In this document: positions 1 through 7,183 of the stretch, piece after piece
How the letters are laid out: each line of letters starts with the position of its first letter
Numbering within the stretch: position 1 is the stretch's first letter
DNA from: Candidatus Troglogloeales bacterium
Lineage (GTDB): Bacteria; Nitrospirota; Nitrospiria; SBBL01; SBBA01
Length of the DNA stretch: 64,000 bases
Assembly (NCBI GenBank): GCA_005239925.1
Contig: SBBA01000183.1
Span: 27-64,026, forward strand
Direction of reading: 5' to 3'
Translations under genes and position numbers: made by a program
Notes under the pieces: model-generated
What the model saw: only the letters and a program-made list of their open reading frames with translations
Told to the model about the DNA's origin: nothing
Database searches by the model: none

Positions 1-161
1 CGCCAAGAGCGGTATTGCAACGCACACGTCCCCCCTGAACCCCTCGGAGAAGCTCATACTGTCTGAATCACAGGGACAATTACATCCGTTACTTGACGCC
101 TTCCCTCCGTTACGGGTAAAATGAGACCCTTTAGATATCCTATAGAATGGGGTAAGGAAGT

Positions 162-1079
162 GTGATGCCACAAGAAAAAGATTTAAAGTCTATTTTAAAA
201 AACATCCAATTTACCGATGACGCCAAGGTGATGAAGCAATTGGTTGACCAGTCGCTTCAGGTCAAAATTCGGATGGGACAGATTCGGCGCAAAATTGTGA
301 TCATGAGCGGTAAAGGCGGCGTCGGAAAAAGCACCACCACGGTCAACCTGGCATTGGCCTTCGCACGCGCGGGACATCGTGTCGGAATCCTGGATGTGGA
401 TATCAATGGCCCTTGTGTTCCGCGTATGTTGGGGGTCTCCGGGCCGTTTGAAATGACCTCAGAAGGGGCCATTCCAAAAGTGGGGCCGCATGGAATAAAA
501 ATCGCCTCGATGGATTTTTTCCTAAAAGAAAAAGGGACGCCGGTGCGCTGGAAGGGCCCCATGGACATTTCCCCCATCTGGCTGGGAATGCTAGAAATGA
601 ATGTGATTCGTGATTTTCTAGCCGATATTCTCTGGGGTGAAATAGACTATCTTTTTGTAGATCTTCCCCCCGGTGCCGCCGCGGACAAGCCGCCTGTGAT
701 TGCCAATTTTCTGCCCGAATTAGACGGCGCTATCGTGGTGACAACCCCGTCCGAAGTGGCCAAGACGGTTGTGTTAAAATCCATTGCCTACGCACGGGAT
801 ATTGGTATGAAGACCATTGGCCTTATTGAAAATATGGGCCATTCGGTTTGTCCAACCTGTCAGATACCAGTTCCTCTTTTTGAGGGAGGATGTGAAGAGT
901 TGGTTCGAGAGTGGGATATCCCATTGCTGGGGAAGATTCCTTTTGATGTCCAACTGGCGCAATCTTCCGATCGAGGCATTTTGCTTTCGTCCGATCACCC
1001 GATTGCAAGACAGTTTGACCAAATGGTGGCCTTGATTGAAAACAAGCTGGCAGGCGAGCAGGTGGGGATAAAAGTGTAG
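162..1079 (+). CDS. apbC: Mrp/ApbC/NBP35-family Fe-S cluster carrier ATPase
   Basis: 305-aa ORF. It has the deviant Walker A 'SGKGGVGKSTT', the 'VDLPPG' region and a C-terminal 'CPTC' pair typical of the family. Start is GTG 162 or ATG 165. Confidence 0.9.
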   Translation: MMPQEKDLKSILKNIQFTDDAKVMKQLVDQSLQVKIRMGQIRRKIVIMSGKGGVGKSTTTVNLALAFARAGHRVGILDVDINGPCVPRMLGVSGPFEMTSEGAIPKVGPHGIKIASMDFFLKEKGTPVRWKGPMDISPIWLGMLEMNVIRDFLADILWGEIDYLFVDLPPGAAADKPPVIANFLPELDGAIVVTTPSEVAKTVVLKSIAYARDIGMKTIGLIENMGHSVCPTCQIPVPLFEGGCEELVREWDIPLLGKIPFDVQLAQSSDRGILLSSDHPIARQFDQMVALIENKLAGEQVGIKV

Positions 1080-1100
1080 GGGCGCACAGCCGTGCGCCCC
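1079..1100 (+). terminator. GC-rich hairpin overlapping the apbC stop codon (REP-like)
   Basis: GGGGCGCAC-agcc-GTGCGCCCC gives a 9-bp perfect stem and is followed by CTAC. No T-run follows, so terminator function is uncertain. A related hairpin lies at 61759. Confidence 0.4.
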
Positions 1101-1161
1101 TACGGATACATGTCCATTCATCCCATTTTTAAAGAAGAGTAAAATATAAGGAGAAAGAAAA

Positions 1162-1893
1162 ATGAAGTTTGTTTGCATGAAATGTGAATCGTTTATGGAA
1201 TTCCAAAAGGTCGAAAATCCGGCGGAACACTCGCTGGGGGTCAGCTTCGCCTGTTCCTCCTGCGGCGCGAAGATCGCCATGGTGACCAATGCCGGAGAAA
1301 CGGCCATGGTTCAGGCGATGGGGGTGAAAATCGGAGGCCGAGAGGCCGAGCCAGGGCCTATGGAGTTCATTCGGGAAAATTTAAAGGAAAACGGCGCAAA
1401 GAAGGAGTATTCCCCATCGGAGCAGCAGGAGATGCTAAAGGCCGAGATGGCCAAGATGGGCGCATCCCACGGGGCAAGCGGTGAAGGTGCCAGCAAATGC
1501 CCCTTTGCCGGCATGATGGCCAAGATGGGAGGGGCAACGCAAGAGGCAGGAACAGCCTCGTCGACTACGCTGACATGGACAAAAGAGGCAAGGGAGCGGA
1601 TTGAACGGGTGCCTTCATTTATGCGACCCATGATTGAAATGGGGATCGAAAACTACGCCCGGAAGGTCGGCGCAACTTCTGTTACGCCTGAGCTTATGGA
1701 CGCATCCAAGAATGACATGGGTGAGATGACTTGGCCAAAAGAGGCCGAGGCACGGTTGGATAATATTCCCTCCTTTGTCCGCCCCATGGCGAAAAAAGAG
1801 ATTGAACGGATTGCACGGGAACGCGGCATGACCACCATCACGACGGAGCTTCTGGAAGAAACCAAGACAAAATTTATTGGGCTGGGCTATTAG
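1162..1893 (+). CDS. Zinc-ribbon protein with two PCP-reductase-like (protochlorophyllide reductase C-terminal-like) domains
   Basis: 243-aa ORF preceded by the RBS 'aaggagaaag'. The N-terminus has CxxC...CxxC (CMKC, CSSC). There are two internal repeats: 'TWTKEARERIERVPSFMRPM' and 'TWPKEAEARLDNIPSFVRPM'. Confidence 0.7.
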   Translation: MKFVCMKCESFMEFQKVENPAEHSLGVSFACSSCGAKIAMVTNAGETAMVQAMGVKIGGREAEPGPMEFIRENLKENGAKKEYSPSEQQEMLKAEMAKMGASHGASGEGASKCPFAGMMAKMGGATQEAGTASSTTLTWTKEARERIERVPSFMRPMIEMGIENYARKVGATSVTPELMDASKNDMGEMTWPKEAEARLDNIPSFVRPMAKKEIERIARERGMTTITTELLEETKTKFIGLGY

Positions 1894-1983
1894 CCCCCAA
1901 CGGGGGGCGGCGAACGGACCGCTCCCGCTGGTCGCAGTAGGCGTCCTAATGTTATTACACTTAATAAACTATCTACGTAAAAC
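1894..1983 (+). repeat. Family D post-stop-codon element, copy D1
   Basis: Starts at the base after TAG 1891-1893. It opens with the hairpin CCCCC-aacg-GGGGG and ends in 'ctatctacgtaaaac'. It aligns with the copies at 5246 and 56945. Confidence 0.6.
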
Positions 1984-2011
1984 CTAAACACACCTCTTCT
2001 ATAAAATAACC

Positions 2012-2695
2012 GTGGAACCTCAGGCCTTTATTCAAGCACTAGAGCAAGAAATTATTCAAAGTGAGGCAGTGCAGCATCCCTTTCTGCTTCGCTTTGCGTC
2101 TGATACGCTGACCCCGCTCCAGGTTCAGACGTTCGGCCTTCAGCACTATCAGCTGGTGAAGGTCTTCATCAATTACATGACCAATACGCTGCCTCGCATC
2201 CCCGATAAGGATGCCGCCGATCTCTTCCGCACGGTATTTGATGACGAGTTCGGACAGCACACCATTTTCCGATCCCATCCTGCGCTCTATCGTAATTTCT
2301 TAAAGACAGTCGGGTTGCAGGAGGAGGCGTGGGGAAGGGTGACGCTGCTTCCTGAGACGTCGGCATTTATTCAGGGGCATTTACAATTGACACGGGAGTC
2401 GGATTTTTTGTACGCCCTGGGGGCCATTGGGCCAGGGCATGAGTTCTCGATTCCAACAATGTTTACCTACATCGTTACGGGCCTAAAAAAGAATCTGTCG
2501 TTATCCGATGAACAGATCGAATATTTCACGCTGCATATCGAGCAGGATGTTGGCCATGCAAAGGTTTTTAACGAGCTGATTTGTCGTCATGTGCAGACCG
2601 AGCAGGGACAAGCCCGGTTACGCGAAGGGGCGTTGCACTCCATTGCCCTGCGTAAACGTTTCTGGGACGGCATCAACAGGGTGGTTTTTTCTTAG
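2012..2695 (+). CDS. Heme-oxygenase-like / iron-containing redox enzyme family protein
   Basis: 227-aa ORF with a GTG start. It is an all-helical sequence with His/Glu-containing motifs ('GHEFSIP', 'HIEQDVGHA'). The family assignment rests on resemblance only. Confidence 0.5.
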   Translation: MEPQAFIQALEQEIIQSEAVQHPFLLRFASDTLTPLQVQTFGLQHYQLVKVFINYMTNTLPRIPDKDAADLFRTVFDDEFGQHTIFRSHPALYRNFLKTVGLQEEAWGRVTLLPETSAFIQGHLQLTRESDFLYALGAIGPGHEFSIPTMFTYIVTGLKKNLSLSDEQIEYFTLHIEQDVGHAKVFNELICRHVQTEQGQARLREGALHSIALRKRFWDGINRVVFS

Positions 2696-2704
2696 AGAAA
2701 TCAA

Positions 2705-2880
2705 GGGACCTCTAAAAACCTAGTGCGCGGCCCGACTGCTGCGTTACCCAGGCGTGACGATGCCTGCGAGCCTGACGACGCCTGCGGCGCTCGGAATCCT
2801 CATGTACACTGCGACCATTGCGGTTCCTGTGCGTAGTAGCCCTTGCACTTGAGCAGGTCGGCACGACAGCGCATTTTCGG
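2705..2880 (+). mobile_element. Family A MITE-like element, degenerate copy A1
   Basis: The left end 'GGGACCTCTAAAAACC' and the core align with the 160-bp subtype at 38271. An internal duplication of the 'gcgtgacga.gcctgcg' segment is present. The right TIR has decayed. Confidence 0.65.
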
Positions 2881-2974
2881 CTTTTCCTGCGCTACGCCCC
2901 TAATGAATTCAAATAATTATGAAAGGAAAAATCCCAGAACTTTCTGAAATCAATGCCAAATAGCGGAAGTCGGA

Positions 2975-4393
2975 TTAATAAATCGTTCGTACAACCACGA
3001 ATTTCTTTTCGCCTCCCTTTGCAGATACCGGTTGAGTGGGAGGGGAATCCACAATCCTCCCGTCTTGTCCAATAAATTTTGTTGCCAGATTATAATCCCC
3101 CGGAGGCACAGATATTCGGGTTAGGTGGATCGTATCGGGGAGGGTTCGCCACGACCGCTTATCCGCCACCTCGCTGGTTGCTGCAATCACCTCGGCCACC
3201 TTTCCAAGGGCAAAGCCCCCCAGCCCGCCGATCTGGGCCTCTGCCTTTTTGGATGTTTTTCGTACCGCAATCGCCTTAATGGTGGCGCGGGTAATAGCTT
3301 TTATCCGAATCCGGTCAATCCGATCGTCTAAGTTGGCTATTGCTATTTTGGTTAGATCCCCCATCTGTACCGATGACGCAGAGACAGATGGAGTGGTACC
3401 CGATAAGCTAACCTCGACATGATCCACCTGAGAGGGCTGTGCCATATACCTGGGAACGGCAACACGCACCAATTGCCCAATCGTTGAAAAAGGGACATCG
3501 CCCGATCCAACATGAGATTGCCAAATCGCGGTCGCCACCATGGAGGTCAAGATATCTTTATTAATAACGACATCAAAGAACGTATCTAGCTTATAGGGCG
3601 ATCTCCCGTGCATCGAGACAACAATAATTTCCCCGTGTGATTGCCGATGCTGACTTGGAGTCACCCGGGCCGATGGGAAAAGCAGCTGGTAGGCCTCGTG
3701 CTCCTCCCGAAGGCCCAGGGCCTGGGTGGTTCGCAAAAGGTCTTCCCCGATTATCGCTGGAATCGGGGTTTTATAGCTCTTAGCCCAGTCGCGATAGGTC
3801 TCAAAGGCCTTTCGGTACGAGATAAAGGCGTCGTTGATCCCTCCCCTAGCCTCGTAGAGAATACCGGCCAGATAACGCGCAAAGGCGTCCTCCTTGTATC
3901 TGTTTTTCTTGTCGTGATACCGGTCGTTAATCTCATTTAGTTTTGTATCAACCCGGCGGCACTCTACTAGGGCGTCATCCAGCAGATTAAGCTGGGCATA
4001 ATTGAGGGCCGAGATGATATGGATTAAAACGCGTTCAAAATCCTCCCCGCCATAGGGAAGAATATTGTCGTTGGTGAGCAGCGCGGCCGCATGACGTGTA
4101 ACGCTTTCGGTATACAACTGATCCGACAACTGGGCGGCATCATCCAGCATCTGGTTGCTCTCTTGATAATTGCCCGCAAGGGAGAGGGAGAGGCCCCGGT
4201 CTAAAAGATAGAGAAGGCGATCGTTCTTGCCATACCGACCTTCCTCTTTTGCAATAACGGCGTCCGCACTGCGGGTGTCATGGACGGCAAGATGTTGTTC
4301 GACACGGACGTAGTGATTTTGGGTGGTGGCACAGGCCGAAAGAAGAAGTGTAATCAGAGACATCGCTCGTCTGAACGGAAATAAAAAGGGCAT
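2975..4393 (-). CDS. Putative lipoprotein of unknown function
   Basis: 472-aa ORF. The N-terminus 'MSLITLLLSAC' carries a lipobox. The N-terminal half is helical and TPR-like, and the C-terminal half looks beta-rich. Confidence 0.7.
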   Translation of the reverse strand: MPFLFPFRRAMSLITLLLSACATTQNHYVRVEQHLAVHDTRSADAVIAKEEGRYGKNDRLLYLLDRGLSLSLAGNYQESNQMLDDAAQLSDQLYTESVTRHAAALLTNDNILPYGGEDFERVLIHIISALNYAQLNLLDDALVECRRVDTKLNEINDRYHDKKNRYKEDAFARYLAGILYEARGGINDAFISYRKAFETYRDWAKSYKTPIPAIIGEDLLRTTQALGLREEHEAYQLLFPSARVTPSQHRQSHGEIIVVSMHGRSPYKLDTFFDVVINKDILTSMVATAIWQSHVGSGDVPFSTIGQLVRVAVPRYMAQPSQVDHVEVSLSGTTPSVSASSVQMGDLTKIAIANLDDRIDRIRIKAITRATIKAIAVRKTSKKAEAQIGGLGGFALGKVAEVIAATSEVADKRSWRTLPDTIHLTRISVPPGDYNLATKFIGQDGRIVDSPPTQPVSAKGGEKKFVVVRTIY

Positions 4394-4703
4394 CGTTTGT
4401 TCTCCAGAAATATCTAAAGGGTAACTCTAAAAACCATCATAATTGGTAGGAACACCAAGGATGGGTTAAGCGGATAGTACACACGTTGGACGATATATTG
4501 CAAAGAATCTGTTTTAAGAGAGTGTTTACTGATGGATAGATTTGTCTGCAGATGATACCCGAATTGCCTTGAAAGTCCTTGCTTTCTATTAGACCAAAGA
4601 GTCTCATCTACCTTTAAGTAAACACTCTCTTGTTTTGATCCATCTCCGCCCGTTGCAATCAATCTGTTGAATACATACAATGGAATAGGAAGTACATAGG
4701 AGA

Positions 4704-4928
4704 TTGAATATGAGTACAACGCTATCCATTAGGATTCCCGATCAATTGGCTGAACAACTTAACTCCGTTTCTAAGGAAACGGAGAGTCCACGCTCACTCA
4801 TTATTCAAAAGGCGCTTGAATCTTATATTGAAGACTATTCGGACAGTCAGATAGCCCTTGATCGCTTACACGACAAAACCGATCCAATTATCTCCGGAAA
4901 AGAACTAAAAAAGTTCCTTAAGCCGTGA
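4704..4928 (+). CDS. Ribbon-helix-helix (CopG/RelB-like) antitoxin, with no cognate toxin adjacent
   Basis: 74-aa ORF. 'LSIRIPDQLAEQLNSVSKETESPRSLIIQKALESYIE' is a classic RHH strand-helix-helix pattern. The RBS 'taggaga' lies upstream. Confidence 0.7.
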   Translation: MNMSTTLSIRIPDQLAEQLNSVSKETESPRSLIIQKALESYIEDYSDSQIALDRLHDKTDPIISGKELKKFLKP

Positions 4929-4947
4929 CCTTGGTAATTGATTCTCG

Positions 4948-4986
4948 TTGACAAGGGGTATAACGAAGTTTACACTTATAGTGTAA
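4948..4986 (+). promoter_or_regulatory. Candidate sigma70-type promoter plus operator palindrome upstream of vapB
   Basis: TTGACA lies at 4948-4953. The perfect 7-bp inverted repeat TTACACT-tat-AGTGTAA (4970-4986) overlaps the -10 position. The start codon is at 5003. Confidence 0.45.
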
Positions 4987-5002
4987 TCTATAAAAAAGGG
5001 AC

Positions 5003-5245
5003 ATGATGAATTCGATCAACTTGAAAGAAGCACGCAAGCATCTGGGTGACTTGGTCGCCGAGGTAGAGCGTGGCGCGTCAGTGGCCATCACCCGTCGCGG
5101 CAGGAAAGTAGCGCGTCTGGTACCAATGGAAAAAGAATCCCCTCAGTCTCTACCCGATCTGGCTTTGTTCAGGGCCTCAATCAAAGTAAAGGGAGGAAGC
5201 CTGACCGACGCGCTTTTGTCCATGCGCCATGAAGAACGGTTCTGA
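5003..5245 (+). CDS. vapB: Phd/YefM-type antitoxin (VapB-like)
   Basis: 80-aa ORF. The N-terminus 'INLKEARKHLGDLVAEVERGASVAITRRGRKVARLVP' matches the Phd/YefM pattern. It lies upstream of a PIN toxin. Confidence 0.8.
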   Translation: MMNSINLKEARKHLGDLVAEVERGASVAITRRGRKVARLVPMEKESPQSLPDLALFRASIKVKGGSLTDALLSMRHEERF

Positions 5246-5334
5246 TCCGCCGACGGGCGGAGGCGAACGGAGCCCTCCCGTTGGTCGGTCTGGGCCTACC
5301 GATGCCGTTACACGAAAGTTATCTACGCAAAAAA
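5246..5334 (+). repeat. Family D post-stop-codon element, copy D2, lying between vapB and vapC
   Basis: Starts at the base after TGA 5243-5245. It opens with the hairpin CCGCC-gacg-GGCGG and ends in 'ttatctacgcaaaaaa'. Confidence 0.65.
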
Positions 5335-5358
5335 TGGTGATGTCATCAAAAGAATCGA

Positions 5359-5781
5359 ATGTCCTTTCTTGACACCAGTGTTCTTACCCCTTACTACTGC
5401 CCGGAGAAACGAAGCACACGCGTACAGCGCCTGTTATCACGCATCGACCGCCCCGTCATTAGCCCACTTGTTGAAATTGAGTTTTATTGCGTGATGGCGC
5501 GCAAAGTTCGATCGGGCGAGATCAGCAAATCCACGGCCCAGCGCATCTTTACAGAGTTCAAACACCACGTAGCGGAGGGACGGTTTGATGTTGTCCCCAT
5601 TGAGGCGGGTGAATATACGTTTGCACGACGATGTATCGAAGAAATGTCCACCTCACTCCGCGCGGTAGACGCTCTTCATTTGGCCACTGCGTCGGCACAT
5701 AACATCGTTCTTGTCACGGCGGATCGCGACCTCGCCCAAGCGGCCAAGCGTTTTGGTGTCAAATATAAGTTTATCCCCTGA
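5359..5781 (+). CDS. vapC: PIN-domain ribonuclease toxin VapC
   Basis: 140-aa ORF. It has the N-terminal 'FLDTSVL' acidic motif and later 'DALHLATA' and 'VTADRDL', the typical PIN acidic residues. Confidence 0.85.
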   Translation: MSFLDTSVLTPYYCPEKRSTRVQRLLSRIDRPVISPLVEIEFYCVMARKVRSGEISKSTAQRIFTEFKHHVAEGRFDVVPIEAGEYTFARRCIEEMSTSLRAVDALHLATASAHNIVLVTADRDLAQAAKRFGVKYKFIP

Positions 5782-5917
5782 ATGAACGACCCACGGTAAG
5801 CCCGGCAAGCCAAGAGGATTTGTTGGATTTAAAAACAAACCCTTTCTTGGTATACTGCCCTTCAATGAAAAAGGAGATCAGCAACGCTTCGCGGTTGTAT
5901 TTGGTGTCACGTTCATC

Positions 5918-7162
5918 GTGACAATGCTTATCCTTGCCATCGCATTCCCCAACCCAACGCCATTCCAATACACCACCTTTCGAATCGTACTCAGTTTTGC
6001 TGCTGCAGCGGCAGCCGCAATGCTGCCTGGGTTTATTCAAATCGAGATATCAGACTGGCTAAGGGCAGGAGGAAGTCTGGCTGTGTTTGTTATTGTCTAT
6101 TTTTATAACCCGGCCTCTCTGGTCGCGCCAACAGCGCAAAACGCTTCTCGTCCTGCTGTCGCAGCAACATCGCATGAACCTAAAGTAGAAGCAAACCTAT
6201 CGGTACCAGCGTATATACCCAATATGGAAGGGACAGTAAATGAGGCGGTTCATCAGCTTTTTTTTGGGCCTTCTCAAATGCCTTTGCCAATCTCTACCGT
6301 GGTAATGGGTTCTGTTCATTATGAAGACACTCTTCTGGGCAGTCCGTTTGGAAAACGGTTGGAGATATTGATTGAGCACGAGCTTTCTCAAGTGCCGCAG
6401 ATCAAATTGATTCGTCGTAAGACAACCCGTGGCTTGAAAGAGTTGCAACAGGCGGATCGAAGTCGCGGACTCACAATTACGGACCGCCCCGTACCACCGA
6501 TGAGTTCGCAAGCGATGCAGGCGCAATTAGATGGCGCCCAAGCGGCGCTCGAGGCCCACTATAGGGTGCAGGGGGAGCAGATTCATTTAGACCTGACCTT
6601 GGTCAAAGCTGGGACGGGGGTAACACTTGCATCTGCCAGGGCAAGTATGGATAAAGCCCTTATCCCGCCTGAGCTTCAGTTGATGCCACCACGAACAGAC
6701 TTCGTTGAGCCTCCCAAAGCAGATGCGGGTAAAATACGCCTTGAACTGACCACGCATCAAGGGGACGGCGTGACCTTTGTCGAGAGGGAGAAAATAACGT
6801 TCTATGCCTCTACGGATCAGGGCGCCTATTTGCTTCTGCTCTATCAGGATGCTGCTGGTCAGCTTGTTCAAATTTACCCAAATGCCCGCACGGATAACGG
6901 CTTCCACGAGGCGGGCGAATATATCGCAATCCCAGGTAATAGCGCCAGCTTTGATTTCACAATCACGCCTCCCTTTGGGATTGAACAGGTCTGGGCATTT
7001 GCCGCAACTTCGGCCTTCCCGACTCTGAAGGGGGAGCGGCTTGATGATGGCCTAAAAGTTTTGCAAGAGGCTCTTTTGGATGTTATCGTGAAGCTTCGCG
7101 CGCATGGACAGAAGGTGAGCTACGGCGAGGCGAATGTGGTGATTACGACGGTAAAGGAGTAA
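5918..7162 (+). CDS. Membrane-anchored protein with a C-terminal DUF4384-like domain
   Basis: 414-aa ORF starting at GTG 5918 or ATG 5924. Hydrophobic N-terminal segments include an Ala7 run. The C-terminal 'GAYLLLLYQDAAGQLVQIYPN...GEYIAIPG' matches the DUF4384 pattern often found alongside caspase domains. Confidence 0.7.
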   Translation: MTMLILAIAFPNPTPFQYTTFRIVLSFAAAAAAAMLPGFIQIEISDWLRAGGSLAVFVIVYFYNPASLVAPTAQNASRPAVAATSHEPKVEANLSVPAYIPNMEGTVNEAVHQLFFGPSQMPLPISTVVMGSVHYEDTLLGSPFGKRLEILIEHELSQVPQIKLIRRKTTRGLKELQQADRSRGLTITDRPVPPMSSQAMQAQLDGAQAALEAHYRVQGEQIHLDLTLVKAGTGVTLASARASMDKALIPPELQLMPPRTDFVEPPKADAGKIRLELTTHQGDGVTFVEREKITFYASTDQGAYLLLLYQDAAGQLVQIYPNARTDNGFHEAGEYIAIPGNSASFDFTITPPFGIEQVWAFAATSAFPTLKGERLDDGLKVLQEALLDVIVKLRAHGQKVSYGEANVVITTVKE

Positions 7163-7183
7163 GTCGAAAAGGAAGTTATAGTC

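Noticed and set aside
4419-4435. 'gggtaactctaaaaacc' as a further MITE A/B copy
   Set aside because: Only one TIR-like end is present. There is no matching right end or core within 200 bp. The 12/17 match could be chance or a very old remnant, so I did not call it as a feature.
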